From positions 52,886,001-52,950,000 of the forward strand of contig OZ241833.1 of the NCBI GenBank assembly GCA_965202585.1: DNA of 64,000 nucleotides, given 5' to 3'. The notes beneath the pieces were generated by a model that was not told the origin of the DNA, made no database searches, and saw only the letters and a list, made by a program, of their open reading frames with translations. The first letter of the stretch is position 1, and the number at the start of each line of letters is the position of its first letter. Source of the DNA: Thalia democratica (lineage: Eukaryota). The position numbers and the translations under genes are program-made. Positions 37,363 to 47,319 of the stretch are shown in pieces.

Positions 37363-40300
37363 TTAATAAATACTATTAACAAACCGATTAATAAATATTG
37401 GTGGTTGTCCTTTTATTAATTTTGCTTCAAGTATTATTTTCGTTTCACCTTGTATTTCAGCTTGTACTTCAATTGTAATCTGTAATTTAGATTAAATTAA
37501 AACAAAAGTACAGTAAGCTTGTGGTAAAAGTTATTTTAGTTCACAAACAAATACTAATGCTTTAGTTATAAAAGTTTAATAAAATTACTAACATCGTTAG
37601 AAAATATACTTCGTGCAATTTTATCTTCAATTTTTGCACAAATATTTTTCATATCTTCGTAACTAAGCGACAAACCAAACAAATAAATATAAACTTTTCC
37701 AATTTCGAACTTATTTGTGAAATTAAACGAATTTGTGAAAAATTCTTCATCGTATTTTTCTACAAACAACAAATACAACGAGTCAACCTGTTTGTTTAAA
37801 AATAAATCTTTAATGTTTTTGTTTATAATAAACTAATTAGCTATACTTACGTACATTTTTATTTTAAACTAAATTTAAAATATTCTCCCATCAACGAATA
37901 TCTATTCATTTTATAGTTTACAAATTGATTTTCTTATATATAGTAATGTTTGTTTTAAGAACTAACGAAACTATTTTGAATATAGTTAAAAAATATCTTG
38001 TCTATAGTGAAACATAACTTTAAAACGCATGAAAAAGATTATAACTTTCTACAAAACGAACCTCAATATTATAAATAGTTAAGAATTGTGTTATTTTTTT
38101 CATATTGTTTGAACTTAAACCATGAAAAGATATCACCTCCAACCTATTTGTTTGAAGAATATGTTTGTTGAAAAAGTTTAAATGATAGTTTTTCAATGAT
38201 GTTTGTTGTGTAAATTTTAACATAAAATAATACTCAAAAATAAAAAGCTAACGAACCGATTAGTAATCATTGGTGGTTGTCCTTTTATTAATTTTGCTTC
38301 AAGTATGACTTTCGAGCTATATTGTGCATCAGCTTTTACTTCAATTGTAATCTGAAATTAAATAAATTTTAGAACAAAAAGTACAGTACGCTTGTGGTAA
38401 AAGTTGTTTTAGTTCATAAACAAATACTAATAGTTAAGTTGAAAAAGTTTAATAAAACAACTAACTTCATTAGAAATGATATTTTGTGTTTCTAAGTTTC
38501 TCATTTTTTTATAAAGTTTTGCACAAATATTTTTCCTATTTTCGTAAGTAAGAAATTCATACAACTCAAAACAAATTTTTCTAATTTCGATTTTATTTGT
38601 GACATCAAACAAAATTGTAAATAATTCTTCATCGTATTCAAGTGGACGCGACACATTCAACTCTTCAACCTGTTTGTTTATTATAATGTTGTTGTATTCG
38701 TTTATATAAAACTCATAAAATCGACTTGCAGTCTATTTAAGCTTATGTTTATTTTAAAAACATAAATTTTTAATGTTTGAAAATATTCATTCACTTTTAA
38801 AATCTATAAATTAAAGTCAACAGAAGTTTGTTATAAAAACTTTTGACACCAATTTTTCTGTACATTTTTTATTAGCTTTTTTTCACTGTCAAACAACAAA
38901 ATACGATTCGGAAAAATAATATTCAAGCAACAAAACTAACTTTAATATTTGAATTTGATAACGTGTTTCTTATTTCTTTCATGTCGTTTGAACTTAAACC
39001 ATCAGCATTCACTTCCAACATATCTGTTTGACTTACAAATTTGTTGATAAATATTAAATCACTAGTAATTCGGTCATGTTCGGTACGAAAATAAAGCTTG
39101 TGATTTTGAAGACTTTCTTTCAATTGATTTATTATTATCAAATTTTTAATTTCATTGAAATCACTTCTGATTACATATGAATGATTGTTATCTGTACACA
39201 TATAATATTTTATTGATTACGTGATAAACTCGTATTTTGTTTATTCTTAAAAATAGCTGTTAAAAGTTGTAATACTACTAAGAAAGTAAGTATAGTATTA
39301 ATAATTATACATGAAATTTATTAGAAAAAAACTAGTTTCAAACCAAGAAAGTAAGTCTGCTTCAGTAGTAAAAAATTAGTAAATTCTTTTTATTTAAACT
39401 AGTTAGAGAAACTCTGTATATAATATACAAACAAGTTTTAGTCGAATGTTGTAAGATAAAACTTTGTCGATGTACAAATATTAACACTTTAAAAAATTTG
39501 TAGTTGTTTAAAGATGTTTTATCAGTAAACTTTAAATAAAACAGTTTTTAACCGTTATAGAAACTATTTACTAAAATGTTTTGTGTAGAGAATAATTTAT
39601 TATTATTATTATTTATATTAAAGTTTCAATAGCATTTGAAAAATAAATTTAAAAACTTATCGAATTAAACATAAAAACTTTTTGAAAAAACTTTACGAAA
39701 CATATAAACAAAATTCTACAAATTTACTAACTAGTAGTTCTATGACAACCGATGATATGTTCTGTTGATTTTTTAATAAATTTTGATTTCTTTTTTTCTA
39801 ATTGTTTTGTATCTGTTAATAATTTGTATAAGTTTTAAAACCTAAAATATTTTTATTTATACTTTGGTTTCCAAATTGTTTTACTACAACGAAGCTATTC
39901 AAAAAACTTTAAAGTTTTCTGTCTGTTTTAAAACAAATTAACTTGTATTATAAGTTTAAAACTATACTGACTTTATTAAAAAGTTGTTTAACAAATAAAG
40001 TTATTTTTTAAGTAAAATCAAATGTTTATTAGGCTAAAATAAAATTTGATGTTTTTGTTGTTAAATAAAACTAAAAATTAATATACTAATGTAGTAAAAT
40101 ATGCTGTTAATGTAAATTAAAATATTTAGTACAGTATTAAAACTAACCAAATTGCAGAATGTTGGTATTGGATATTGCGAACATTCGAACAACTTGAAAT
40201 GCATCATTTCTTCCTAGTGGTTTGCCATATTCATCAAGCTCGGGAAATATTAGTTTTAAAAATTCATCAAACTGCTCGATGGACAAGTGTAACCATGCAT

Positions 40301-43300
40301 ATCGGCATGTTAAATATTCCTATTGAAAATAGTATACTTTTATTAAGTTAAACGCTATCTATGAACTTGTTTTTTAATCTCCTAGCTGTTATTATTATTA
40401 TTATTTCTTTTATATAGTAATCATATAGTATCAAAAAGTAAAGCGTTAGTAAAATTTATCCGACCTTTTAACCGTTTCTAAAACTTTAGCTAAAAAAGTT
40501 TTAAAAAGTTATACTGTAGTTCTAATGTAAATATTAAACATATTTTTAGTAATTTTTATAAATAAGTAAATACAACTTAATACAAATATTTTGTAAATTG
40601 TTAGTAAATATTTTGAAGGGAGTAAAAATCTGTGTTTATTTTTTAATTTCCATGTATAATAAAATAATAACTACTCTAAATACTATAGAAAAATTTTTAG
40701 ACAATCTATTATTACGTAAGAAAAAACTGGTTAAACTAACTTGTATACTTTGGTGAGCGAAATAGAAAAGGCTTGGTCCTACTAATGCAGAATTAGCTTC
40801 GCCATGCACACCTATCATGAGATCTTGGACCTCATTTGGTGTGATTTGGCATTTTAAAAGATCTTCCTGCGTGATTACAACCGAACGTTCCATAGTCTTA
40901 TTGTAAGCCAGTTTTGAGAGTTTTGTCATTACTACATCTCCGTCTAGCTGGCTGCCCTTATGAGCGCAACACTGTAGACGATTAAGAAGCTCATTAAACA
41001 CACTGGCTGTTGATCCAACTACTTTCCAAAAATCATCACCAACTATTTCGTACAAATGACAAAATAACCTTAAAAACAAAGGGCAAAAAGTTAACTGCTG
41101 GATTTTTGGAGACTTTTCTAGAAGTTTATTTAAAATATTGTCAACATCTTCGGTTTTAATATAAAATCGAAACAGCTTTTTCATATCGTCATTAGATAGA
41201 TCATCAAGATACAAAACATAATTTGGTTGAATACCTTCCTTAAAGTTTAGTATTGAATGAGGTCTTGATGTTAGAATAAGACGTACTTTAGGCAAAATAT
41301 TTCTTGCTAGTATCGAATTCAATAATTCATAAGCTAAGTACTTTTTTTGAAAATTTATTTTTCTAGGAGCTTGACAGTTTTTTAAAGAAAATCTGGCCTG
41401 ATCCAAACCATCAAGAACTATGGTTATTTTGTGTTGGTTATGTAATAACCAATCAAAAGCTACACTCAATTGGTCATCTGTATACTTAACATCACTTGAA
41501 AAATACAATAACCCTAAAGTAAAAATAAGATATTTCAAATCAATCGGTTTTTTAGGGTCAATGAAAGCAAGGGGAATAAAAAACGCATAATTATTGTTTT
41601 CAAATGTTGACAGAACTATTCTTTTACTCAGAGTAGTTTTTCCTGCACCAGCTGGGCCTATTATCAAGATATATGGGTTTGGACTGTTCCGTATTTGCGA
41701 ACTAGTTTCAGTTTCAATTGACTCATAATCACTAGACTCGCCTTCACTAGAATCATAATCACTAGACTCACTTTCAGTTTCATTTGACGATTGGTTTTGA
41801 TTTCTATTAGATCTGTAAGTATGTATTAGTCATAAATTCGCTACACATCTTAAGATTTTAACGTCCAAAAGTTTTTATATAATAATTAATTAAATAATCA
41901 GTTTCGATAAAAACAAACTTTATATAAAAGTAAAACAACACTTTATACCTTTTTAATTTCATAAGTATGAAATTAGTGCTACTATTTAAAATAAGTAAAG
42001 ACTAATAAAATTGCTTTTTTAAACTTAACTTAACTATATTTACTTAAGTAATTTTTTACTATAAAGCTACCGGAAACCCCTAAAAACAGTCTAAGTTTTT
42101 ATGAATTAAATAAAAGTTTATTCAAATTCTAGCAAAACACAATAACAAACCCGACAACATCATCAAATTGAACTTTTTCAGCTCTTCTGTAAGCACTTCT
42201 TTGTTCTTCAAGAACTCGATATGTTCCATCTGCAAAAGCTGTATTCCTTCTGAAGTGATCTTCAGATAACTTGATGATGGGATGCACTATTGGCACATCT
42301 TGACTCATCTGAACAGTGTCAGGTTTCCCCATCGGATCAGAAAGAATACCACAATTCTTCTGTAAAACCTCTTTCATTTGTAGTATTAAACATCCAGCTG
42401 AAAATAGTTAATTTTTTTATGTTATTAGAAAAGCTGTTTTATAAAAAAACAATTCAGTTGTTTGTTGTTTAGTTATTAACTATATTAATGAAATAATTCA
42501 AAAATATTGGTTTAAAGTAGTTATCTCCGGCTATTTTATCAATTTTTGTAAGTTTTTAAGCTAGTTCACAATAAAAGCATCATGATTTTATTTAGTTTTT
42601 ATTAGATTTAATAAAATAATCTATATATTAGTGTCTTATAATATTTTTTTTTGTAAACCGTAAAAATACTTTGAATAGTGTAAAACAAATCAACAACAAG
42701 CAAATTTTATATGTTTTTGACATATACTAGAGTAAATACAAATCCTTTTAATGACCGCAGTACAAGTTTTTGCACTAAGAAATGGTTATTTAAGTATCTA
42801 CACTTGAAAACTGAATAAACCGAATACAATCATCAATCTACTAACGACAATTGAACGAAATCTTTTATGTTATAAGTAAACATAGTATAGGCCTAAGGAC
42901 ATATAGTTTTTGCACACATCCTAAACCTAAATAAACTCAAAGGTTAAGACAAATAGCTGATTTTAGGTTATCATCAAAACAGTTTAACTACATATTTTGA
43001 GCTTTTTAAAAGGTATCCAGACTTAGAGTAAAGCCTTGTCTTAGACGTGAAGTTTTCAATGGTAAAAATTTGCTCATGCGTATAATTTCAACACTCAACA
43101 AAACCTTTCTTTATTTTTGATAATTTGTACTTAAATATATTAAAGTTTAAGTTTATATTTTTATAAGATACTAGTAATAGTAAAACAATTAAAAATAACA
43201 ATTTGTTTTCTTACAATAATTATGCAACACGTCATACATAGTTTTTCACGAATTGTGTTATAACACGAAATTAAATAATTTCAACTTAAAATATTGCAAA

Positions 43301-44203
43301 ATGCAGTTTGTAAAGAAAGTTTGTTTAGACTAAAAGTTTACAATTTGGAACTGAGTCATTTAAAAAGTTTCACAATGTAGTATACAAGTATTTAGTTTTT
43401 ATTTAGTTTCAAAAACTTAAATTAACTAGTAATCAAAAAATATAGAAGTTTATTTATAAAATTAACAACAAATATTTGTTTACCGTAAAGTCCGTCATTC
43501 TTTTTGAAATTTGAAAGATCATAATTAGCTGTTAAATAAAAAATTGTTTTAACCAAAAACTTTTGGAATTATCTTGGTCTATGATTAATTACATAAAAAG
43601 TTATCGTTTTTGATAATACATGCTTAATTTTACACATTGACTGAAATATTTTTAAACAGTTGTGATATTATGTGTTTATCTAATTTTATGTTTTGTTTAA
43701 AAAAAATGGTATTTAACTGTAGTTTAAAAACTCTCTGTAAGTTTAAGAAATAACAGCAATATTAACTCTATACAACTCATATTAACCATATTTGTAATAA
43801 TTGGAACATACTTGGTCGAATAGCATCAGAAATTTCCTTGAAGTTGTTTTCTTCTAATAAAGTCATAAATATTTTGCTCCATCCAGGAATTAGTTTACGA
43901 CAAGCTCCTTTGTATAGAATCAGTTCAGCGATCTCGTAACTTCTTCCTTCATTTTCAAGTCTTTCTATCTCATCCTATGATTTATATAGTTTAATTTGTA
44001 AAGTTAATTGGTAAATTGTGACTAATAAGAAATATACAAACTTGCAATTCATCAACGCAAAAAGATTCCAGAGTTGTAAACATTTCAACACTTTCAATTT
44101 GTTTTAGACTTTCGGACAAAAGGGGGTTGCTGAACAATTTGTAAATGACTACGTCATCATAAAACTCATCAGAAATTGTTGAAATTGTCATTTGGTTTTC
44201 CAT
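37363..44203 (-). CDS. NLR-like gene 2, apparently intact, 13 coding exons, 961 aa (CARD-like, NACHT, X-Y-Z-X-Y modules)
   Basis: Exons 44203-44042, 43974-43812, 43528-43484, 42397-42151, 41812-40741, 40319-40148, 39812-39732, 39191-38941, 38669-38466, 38351-38257, 38143-38062, 37787-37593, 37479-37363 total 2886 nt. No internal stop was found, and all junctions are AG/GT with consistent phase. Confidence 0.88.
40741..41812 (-). CDS. NACHT-domain exon of gene 2
   Basis: GPAGAGKTT, IVLDGLDQAR, LILTSRPHS, FCPLFLRL, YFAHQSIQ; open throughout. Confidence 0.95.
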
Positions 44204-44501
44204 TTTGTTAATTTACTTATTGGAAACAAAAAGTTTATAAACTATTTGTTCTAAAAAATTATTGTTTCTGATAATTTGACATTGGAGTTTTTATTACACA
44301 AATTTATTAATTTATTTTTAAAAACAGCAAGTCTTTTTCAGTATTTTAAATTTCAAGATAATAATAATTGTAGAAGTATTTACCTAGTTTTAGTTATGTT
44401 TTGTGTTACAGACTTTATCATTCTTGTAATTAGTTTGTGAATAAACTCAACCAAGAAAGATATATTTATTTATGATAAAGTCTAGCTAAATTGAATCAAC
44501 A

Positions 44502-45416
44502 ATGCCTGTGATTAAATGCCCTCTTGAGAGTTGCACATATGAAACACCAGACGTCGATGCTTCTGTAGTTGCTTCTTTGCTTATCATTCACAACAACGTT
44601 CACATTTATGCAAATTCTTCAAAACCAAAGCCTCCAAAGATGGACCGTCCTCGAATAGGGACAGATTGCAATGAAGAAGGTTGGAATATATTTGTAAAAA
44701 AGTGGACTATTTTTAAAGATAGCATGGAGATGAAAGAAGAAGAAAAAGGCCGTCAACTGTACCAGTGCTGTGAGGAAGATTTAGGCGATGCTTTTCTGAA
44801 GAGCCATGAAGATGTAGTAAATTTAAGTGAGCAAGAGCTTTTAAGGATGATCAAGCAGCTTGCAGTTATTCCTGTTTCAGTTGTTGTACGACGATCAGAC
44901 TTTCTTAGTGCAAGACAGGATTTGACTGAAAACACTAGATCATTTGCTGCACGTTTAAAGGGAAAAGCCAGTACATGCTCGTACACATGTAAATGCCCAA
45001 AGGATGGCTGTAATCAAATGATAGATTTTACAGACATAATTCTAAAAGATGTCATGGTAACAGGTTTAGCTGATGAGGATATCCGTAAAGAGGTGCTAGG
45101 ATGGGAAAATCTAGATGAGAAAAATGTCAATGAGACAATCGGTTTTATTGAAGGTAAAGAGATGGCACGTGATGCAATGTCAAAACCCGCTGTTACAGCA
45201 TCAGTTTTCTCATACAAATCCTCAAAGAAAACCACACAAAAACCAAGTGGTAAAATAACTTGTGACACATGTAAGAAATTAACTGATAAATTTGTTTGGA
45301 GCAGTAAAAATATGAGGTATTTTGAGTGTTCTGCCTGTAAAAAATGCTGGTTAAAGTTTGTAAAAAAATTTATCAAAGTCACCAAAATTATGCTGATGAG
45401 TCAAATGCACTTCTAG
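44502..45416 (+). CDS. gag: Gag-like ORF (304 aa)
   Basis: CPLESCTYETPD..LLIIH..PKMDRP..W..F..KW..F..RQLYQC..DLGD..RQ..E..RSFAARLKGKA..C..DVMVTGLADEDIRKEVL is characteristic of Gag in Mag-like gypsy elements of invertebrates. It ends in a CxxC..CxxC motif. Confidence 0.8.
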   Translation: MPVIKCPLESCTYETPDVDASVVASLLIIHNNVHIYANSSKPKPPKMDRPRIGTDCNEEGWNIFVKKWTIFKDSMEMKEEEKGRQLYQCCEEDLGDAFLKSHEDVVNLSEQELLRMIKQLAVIPVSVVVRRSDFLSARQDLTENTRSFAARLKGKASTCSYTCKCPKDGCNQMIDFTDIILKDVMVTGLADEDIRKEVLGWENLDEKNVNETIGFIEGKEMARDAMSKPAVTASVFSYKSSKKTTQKPSGKITCDTCKKLTDKFVWSSKNMRYFECSACKKCWLKFVKKFIKVTKIMLMSQMHF

Positions 45417-46177
45417 TTGGTGGATTGTACACACCAAATGTATGCAAATCTTTAAAGAAAACCACACAAAAACCAAGTGGTAAAACAACTTGTAGCATAT
45501 GTAATAAATCAACTGATAAATTTGTTTGGAGCAGTAAATATATGAGGTATATTGAGTGTTTTGCCTGTAAAAAATGCTGGATAAAGTCCCGTAAAAAAGT
45601 TTATCAAAGTCATCAAAATTATGCTGATGAGTCAAATGCACTTCTAGTTGGTGGATTATATACACAAAACTTTGATGGCTTTTGCAGCCGAGGTCGTAGG
45701 AAAAATATGTTCGAGCGGAAAAATGCGAAGAAGAAAAAGGAGGTACAGGGACAGAAAAACGTACTTATACACACTGGATCGCGACGAAATTTAAAGAAGT
45801 CATTACCTTACGTCAGAAAAAGTGTTATGACCTACAATAACCCGCAGATCTCAAAAATGTGGTGTGACGTTTGGAATAAAAAGAAAGAATCTAACAGTAT
45901 TTGTTTTGTTAAGTCTCTGGAAAACATAAGTGAGAACACAAAATCGTTGCCACCACTGAAATGCGGTGATCATGTCGTGATACTAAATCGAACAGGTAAC
46001 TTTCCTAGCAAGTGGGGGAATAGTGGAGTGGTGGTGGAAGTGAAGGACTGCCATCAATGTGTTGTCAAAGTTGATGGATCAGGTCGCTTAACTGCTCAAA
46101 ATCGTAAGTTTCTGAGAAGATTTACTCCTCCTTTAAGTAGTATCCCTTATCTGAGAAAGGCAAACATACAACTGTAA
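45344..46177 (+). CDS. Duplicated Gag Cys-finger segment fused in frame to an integrase C-terminal remnant
   Basis: 230-bp tandem duplication (45224/45454), then SLPYVRK..MW.DVW..KE..LPPLKCGDHVVILN.TGNFPSKW..SGVVVEV..HQCVVKVDGSGRLTAQNRKFLRRF, the typical gypsy integrase C-terminal region. Confidence 0.75.
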   Translation: MLVKVCKKIYQSHQNYADESNALLVGGLYTPNVCKSLKKTTQKPSGKTTCSICNKSTDKFVWSSKYMRYIECFACKKCWIKSRKKVYQSHQNYADESNALLVGGLYTQNFDGFCSRGRRKNMFERKNAKKKKEVQGQKNVLIHTGSRRNLKKSLPYVRKSVMTYNNPQISKMWCDVWNKKKESNSICFVKSLENISENTKSLPPLKCGDHVVILNRTGNFPSKWGNSGVVVEVKDCHQCVVKVDGSGRLTAQNRKFLRRFTPPLSSIPYLRKANIQL

Positions 46178-47319
46178 AAGTTTGTCTTTTCTGTAAGGTT
46201 GAGAAAAAGATGTCAAGAAAAGTTTTAATGTTCTATGTTTTTATAGAAGGAAGATTCTTTTTGTGAAGTATTGTGTAATTTCCCTATGTACTAATGGTTT
46301 TCTTCGAAATTGATGTTGAACTGGAATGGCTCAGATTTGCTTTGATATATATTTTCTTGACGTATATTTTCTACAGAAAAGCAAACAGACAGCCAAAGTT
46401 TACTGCGAACAAAAATGTGTCCGGGATGAGTGTGTGAAATTATCGGATTATATGCAGCGTTTCCGTGTAAGACTTTATGATGCTTTTCAAAAGCTTCGTG
46501 CCACCGATGTTGCTGATATTCATTTATTGTCAAGTTGGAATGTTCACTGTAAATTAATGTTTTATGGTCTAACTAATGAATGAGTTTCAGTCTAATGGTG
46601 ACGTCATAAAGTTTGTAGTTGACTTTGCAGCAGACTTGTCTAACAGCCATCTGTTCAAAGTAATCTTGGATGAGGACGCAGGGATTGACTTTCAAAAATT
46701 CGAACTGTTGGTTAGTATCGAGTGTTTGGAAAATAAGTGTAGCAGTATTTCGTCAGTATTAAATGCTATCAGTAATGCACCTTCTACTTTGTTTAAAGCC
46801 GAAAATATGATAAAGGTGTTTATCAGCAAATGAAGTGAAGTTTCAAGATGGTTAGATGAATGACGTGTGGTTTCGTTCTTCAAAGCTGAAAAGTTCGAAT
46901 CGGTGAAGCAATTAAGTTTTTAAATACTTGTATTCAGCAACTGAGTGAAGAAAAGTAAAGATTAAGTCTCAACTTTTTTGTTACAGTTTGTTTGTTTAAG
47001 TTGTAGTTTGTTCTAACAAATCATTTATTAGTGAACTAAGTTAATCGTAATTTTTGAAATGTTTTTGTCTTATTGAGTTTAATTTCGTTGAATTTTAGAC
47101 CTGAAAAATGCGTTTAAGTTGTAACAAATTGTTTAAAAAAAAAATTTTGTTTTTCTAGGTAAATTTGACGTTTTATCTTCTTAGTAGATAAAATCTGGGG
47201 GGAGATGTAGAAGTATTTACCTAGTTTTAGTTATGTTTTGTGTTACAGACTTTATCATTCTTGTAATTAGTTTGTGAATAAACTCAACCAAGAAAGATAT
47301 ATTTATTTAATAATTATAT

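Larger units (their letters stand above)
44369..47309 (+). mobile_element. Internally deleted Ty3/gypsy (Mag-like) LTR retrotransposon, 2941 bp, recent
   Basis: Identical 104-bp LTRs (44369-44472, 47206-47309), TSD ATAAT (44364-44368, 47310-47314), polypurine tract GGGGGGAGA at 47197-47205, gag ORF and integrase C-terminus. No protease, RT or RNaseH motifs were seen. Confidence 0.92.

Noticed and set aside
42810-42880. Candidate exon 3 of gene 2
   Set aside because: Wrong length and phase with a stop. The true exon 3 homolog is 43528-43484 (45 nt).
37363-44203. Analogy to plant head-to-head sensor/helper NLR pairs
   Set aside because: The genes are tail to tail, close paralogs of the same architecture, and share no promoter.
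45344-45416. Programmed -1 gag-pol frameshift at the A7 run
   Set aside because: The duplicate copy has six A's and reads through, and no pol follows; a 1-bp slippage mutation is the simpler explanation.
44753-45665. Minus-strand ORFs 44753-44986, 45014-45385 and 45351-45665
   Set aside because: They are antisense to gag with no independent evidence.
46291-46883. Possible env-like or accessory ORF3 in the LTR element
   Set aside because: Only short ORFs on both strands with no signal peptide or TM pattern established. The equivalent region of the relative contains an LRRSGRV motif typical of degenerate pol tails.
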